A stretch of 64,000 bases of DNA from Mobula hypostoma (Eukaryota), in the NCBI RefSeq assembly GCF_963921235.1, contig NC_086108.1:107510001-107574000 (forward strand), written 5' to 3'. The position numbers and the translations under genes are program-made. The notes under the pieces were generated by a model, which saw nothing but the letters and a program-made list of their open reading frames with translations, was not told the origin of the DNA and did not search any database. The first letter of the stretch is position 1, and each line of letters begins with the position of its first letter. Positions 59,708 to 64,000 of the stretch are shown here, piece after piece.

Positions 59708-61478
59708 CTTGTATCATGTGAATTTGGTTGTTTTATGGCAACCGTACTGTGCAAAGACATAAAAATTCTATAAATTACATGATAGGAAAGAAAATTATAC
59801 ACAATCAGAGTAAAATTATGTGAGAGGGAAGGATTAGATTGATCGTAGAGTAGATTAAATGGTCGGCACAATATCATGGTCTAAAGGGCCTGTATTGTGT
59901 GGTAGTGTTCTAATGTCTATGAGTCCATGAGGTTGTGTTCATGAATCATTCAGAAATGTGGTGGTGGAAGGGATGAAGAGTTTTCTGAATCATTGAGTGT
60001 AGGTCTTGAGGCTTTGAACCCACCTCCCCAATGGTGGTAATGAGAAGATGTCATGTACGGGATTGCGAGGGACTTTAGTGATGGTTGCCATCTTCCTGAG
60101 TTACTGCTTCTTGAAGATGTCTTCGATATCGAGGGCTTGTATTCATGAGAGAACTGGCTGAGTGTTCAACCCCTGTGCAGTCCCCTGTGCATTGAAGCCT
60201 GCATACGAGTCCGAATCCTCTCAACTGCACATCTGTAGAGATTTTGCAAATGTCTTCAGTGATATACCATCACCATCATCATCATTATGTGCCGTGATGT
60301 ATGAAGTGGGTGATCGTGTTCTATGACCATGATTGTTCTTGACAAATTCTACAGAAGTAGTTTGCCATCGCCTTTTTCTGGTCAGTGTCTCAATAGGACA
60401 GATGACCCCAGTCCATCACCAAAACTCTTCAGAGATTGTCTGGCGTCTGTGGTCATATAACCAGGACTTGTGATATGCACCAGCTGCTCATACAACCATC
60501 TACCACCTACTGCCATGGCTTCACGTGACCCTGATTGGGGGGCTAAGCAGGTGCTACACTTTGCCCAAAGGTGATCTGCAGGCTAGCAGAGGGAAGGAGT
60601 GCCTTACACCTCCTTTGGTAGGGATGTGTCTCCATCCCCCCGCCCCCCACCCAAGTGACATGCCATATCTCCTTAAATTTAATTTCAGAAGCCAAGTTCA
60701 AAATGTGCCAGCTCTCATGTTGGCATGTAGGTGCTTGCTGTGTAGAAATTGGATGCCACCTATATATTGTGGCAATTCACTTCCAAATTACGTCATTAGA
60801 TGCAGTACAGGACCAAGAAATGATGGGGTTCAATCCAGGTGTGTGTGAAGTGACACACTTTGGAAGGTTGACCTTGAAGGTAATAGCAGGATAATTAGCA
60901 GTGTGGAGGAATAGTGAGTCCCTCGATCCCTCAAAGTTTTTGTGCATGTTGATAGTGTAAATATGAAGGTGTATGGTGTTGGTCTCCATTACTCGAGAGC
61001 CATGAGGTAACGTTGCAGCTCTAGTGTGACTACACTAGGAGTTCTGAGGTGAGTAATCATAGTGCAATCACTCTAGTTGAGTATGATGTTCTCCTCAGGT
61101 GTTGTCTGTTCCCTTCATGGAGAATGCCCGTGCGTGGCTTTGTTTAACATGGAAAGGCTGATACAGAGGCAGCCACCATGCAGTCCTTGACTGATCAGGG
61201 TCAGATGGCTAAACTCCAGATGGCATCACTGTCAACATCTCAGGAACCCACAAGCCTCTCCACCACAAGGTGACAATCCTCCGAGATGAGGAGGGGTGAG
61301 AGGGTAACTAGAACAGGGAATGTTAAAAGAATTGTGGGGGGGGAGTAATTAACAGAAGTTAGAAAAGTCGAATTTCATGCCCACAACAGGAATTCTGTAG
61401 ATGCTGGAAATTCAAGCAACACACATCAAAGTTGCTGGTGAACGCAGCAGGCCAGGCGGCATCTCTAGGAAGAGGTAC

Positions 61479-61514
61479 AGTCGACATTTCAAGCCAAGAC
61501 CCTTCGTCAGGACT
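61479..61514 (-). ncRNA. Hammerhead motif (left arm)
   Basis: AGUC CUGACGA AGGG UCUUGG CUU GAAA UG UC GACU; stem II weakened. Confidence 0.6.
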
Positions 61515-61550
61515 CACTGAAGGACTGACTCACTGACTCTTCCTTCAGTT

Positions 61551-61586
61551 AGTCCTGACGAAGAGGCTTGGCTTGAAACGTCGACT
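61551..61586 (+). ncRNA. Hammerhead motif (right arm)
   Basis: AGUC CUGACGA AGAG GCUUGG CUU GAAA CG UC GACU. Confidence 0.6.
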
Positions 61587-62359
61587 GTACCTCTTCCTAG
61601 AGATGCCGCCTGGCCTGCTGCGTTCACCAGCAACTTTGATGTGTGTTGCTTGAATTTCCAGCATCTACAGAATTCCTGTTGTGGGCATGAAATTCGACTT
61701 TTCTAACTTCTGTTAATTACTCCCCCCCCCACAATTCTTTTAACATTCCCTGTTCTAGTTACCCTCTCACCCCTCCTCATCTCGGAGGATTGTCACCTTG
61801 TGGGTTCCTGAGATGTTGACAGTGATGCCATCTGGAGTTTAGCCATCTGACCCTGATCAGTCAAGGACTGCGTGGTGGCTGCCTCTGTATCAGCCTCTCC
61901 ATGTTAAACAAAGCCTCCTACAGGTCACAGAGAGGTACAGCATGGAAACACGCTGACCCCCAGCCACCCGATTACACTGATCCTGGGTTAATCATGTTTT
62001 ATTCTCAGCAAATTCTGCCAGATTGTACCATGTAGTGACATTACATTTTAGACTCAAACCATCAAGTAAAATCCTCTGAGGATCCCTTTGACCTTCAACC
62101 TTTGAGCTCATCTTCCATTCACCTATTCTTGAAGGATAAAGAGATTGACTATCTACCCTCTCTATCCCTTCATAATTTTCAGTATCTAACATAGTCATGA
62201 AATTTGATGGTTTGCAGTAGCAGTACAGTGCAATGTATAAACTATACTCTAAATTATGATAAGAAATATATATTTAATAATTCGTGCAGAAAGAAAACAA
62301 AGTTAGTGAGGTAGTGTTTATGGATGTATGGACCATTCAGAAATCTGATGATGGAAGGG

Positions 62360-62865
62360 AAGAGCTGTTCCTAAAACTTTGGGTGTGTGTTTTCCAGCTC
62401 CTGTACGTCCTTCTGATGGTAGTAATGAGAAGAGGTTTAGGGCCCTTAATGACAGATGTTGCCTTCATGAAGTGTCGCCTTATTTAAATGTTCTGGTTGG
62501 CAGGGAGGCTGGTGTCCATGATGGAGATGGCCGCTTACAATCCTCTGCAGCTTGTTCCCACCCAGTGCATTGACCCCGCTATACCAGATGGTGATGCAAC
62601 CAGTTAGAGTGCTCTCCGTGGTACGTTTGTAGAAACCTGGTCGTCTTTGGTGGCAGACCAAATCTCTTCAAACTTCTAATGAAATCTAGCCACTGGTGTG
62701 GCTCCTTTGTAATTGCATCAATAAGTTGTGCCCGGGGGGGATAGATCTTCAGAGATGTTGACACCCAGAAACTTGAATCTGCTCATCTTTTCCACTGCCG
62801 ACCCCTCAATGAGGACTGGTGTGTGTTCCCTCGACTTCCTCTTCCTGACATCCACAATCAACCCC
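62360..62865 (-). mobile_element. Rex1/Babar RT C-terminal fragment
   Basis: HQWLDFIRSLKRFG..ESTLTGCITIWY. Confidence 0.8.
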
Positions 62866-62953
62866 TTGATCTAACTTACATTTGCCTTGCCTTTCCAAGT
62901 GAAGGTAAACCTTGACTATTAGAATTATTTCCAAAAGATTCCCTTCCAATCCA

Positions 62954-63088
62954 AGCAACAGGAATTCTGCAGATGCTGAAAATTCAAGCAACACACATCA
63001 AAGTTGCTGGTGAACGCAGCAGGCCAGGCAGCATCTCTAGGAAGAGGTACAGTCGACGTTTCAGGCTGAGACCCTTCGTCAGGACTTG
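62954..63088 (-). mobile_element. 135-bp solo Penelope pLTR end with 13-bp TSD
   Basis: TSD CCCTTCCAATCCA at 62941-53 and 63089-101. Confidence 0.85.
63051..63086 (-). ncRNA. Minimal hammerhead ribozyme motif, core intact
   Basis: AGUC CUGACGA AGGG UCUCAG CCU GAAA CG UC GACU. Confidence 0.7.
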
Positions 63089-64000
63089 CCCTTCCAATCC
63101 ATTTTGGTTTCCAAGAATCTGGACCCGCCAGACTTTCTTTTTTTGATTTAATCAAAAACCAACCCAAAGATAAAGACAGTCTACAGGATTTGCTTGTTGC
63201 CTTTCGCCACCACCTATTGCGGCCGCCCAGGGAAGCAGTTGGCGAAGGCAATGTGGAAGAGAGAGGAGGTGCGGCGGGTGCAGGGAATCCGTGCTGGGTT
63301 GGAGGCTGGCCCCTCTCGTTGGTGTTACTCCATTGTGTTCACTCCCAGGCAGACGAGCTGGATTCTTGCAGACACGTGGCTCCGGGACAACATCCCGTGC
63401 ATCATCAATCTACAGACCATGCCGCCCAGGAACTCAGGCTATTTTACTAATTTTTGTGACTGTTTCTTCTATTATCATAACTATATGTGCTGTGTGTGAC
63501 TGTATGCTCTGATGAGTTTTACACCTTGGCCCCAGGGGAATACTGTTTTGTTCAGCGGTATACACATGTGAGGTTGACTGACAATTAAATTTGAGCTTGA
63601 ACTTGATGGCAGCCCTTATCGAATCTAAACCAACACTGATCTACTGGAAAGCATAGTGCAGTTCACCTACGTTGCAATGAGGTGTAACTGAGTTATTTAT
63701 AATACCAGGTGATAGGTACCTTGGCAGGGCATCGATGCACAGCTCGGGATATGAACAATTTAATCACTGGAGATTAACTAATGAGACATTTATCTTTATA
63801 TTTAACACTTTTATGGTGGGAAATTTTCAGTTTTATGAGTCCCTCCTGATCCAGGCTGCAATCAGTTGGAAGGGAGACTCTAAAATGCTCTCCGCATCAC
63901 AAGTAGACGTTATGTCATCTAAAACTGAACTCCCTGCGTCCCAAATGAAACTACTCCGTTTGCTCCTTGTTCCCTGTGTTCTGTTCCAGAACTGAATCAT

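Larger units (their letters stand above)
61136..61915. repeat. ~780-bp near-perfect palindrome centred on two divergent Penelope pLTR hammerheads
   Basis: Left arm 61136-~61524 is the reverse complement of right arm ~61541-61915, with a ~16-nt spacer. Confidence 0.95.

Overview
Eukaryotic, repeat-saturated vertebrate DNA. The repeat families (HE1/V-SINE-like SINEs, CR1, Rex1/Babar, Penelope pLTRs) point to a cartilaginous fish, probably a ray; this is inferred from repeat content only. No host protein-coding gene can be named, and the window looks like intron or intergenic DNA. Nearly all long ORFs are decayed retrotransposon ORF2 pieces (Rex1/Babar, CR1) or low-complexity artefacts. Also present are an internally deleted Tigger/pogo element, a Tc1 remnant, two copies of a BED-finger hAT-like element with apparent 6-bp TSDs, a Gypsy 3' end plus LTR, RTE-related SINEs and a CORE-type tRNA SINE. 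The most interesting signal is a high-copy Penelope-derived pseudo-LTR family carrying a minimal type-I hammerhead ribozyme (AGUC CUGAnGA AGGG-loop-CCC GAAA CG UC^GACU). It occurs as solo TSD-flanked units, as inverted pairs, and at the centre of a ~780-bp near-perfect palindrome that also duplicates flanking DNA. A few unique islands contain phase-compatible candidate small exons (low confidence).
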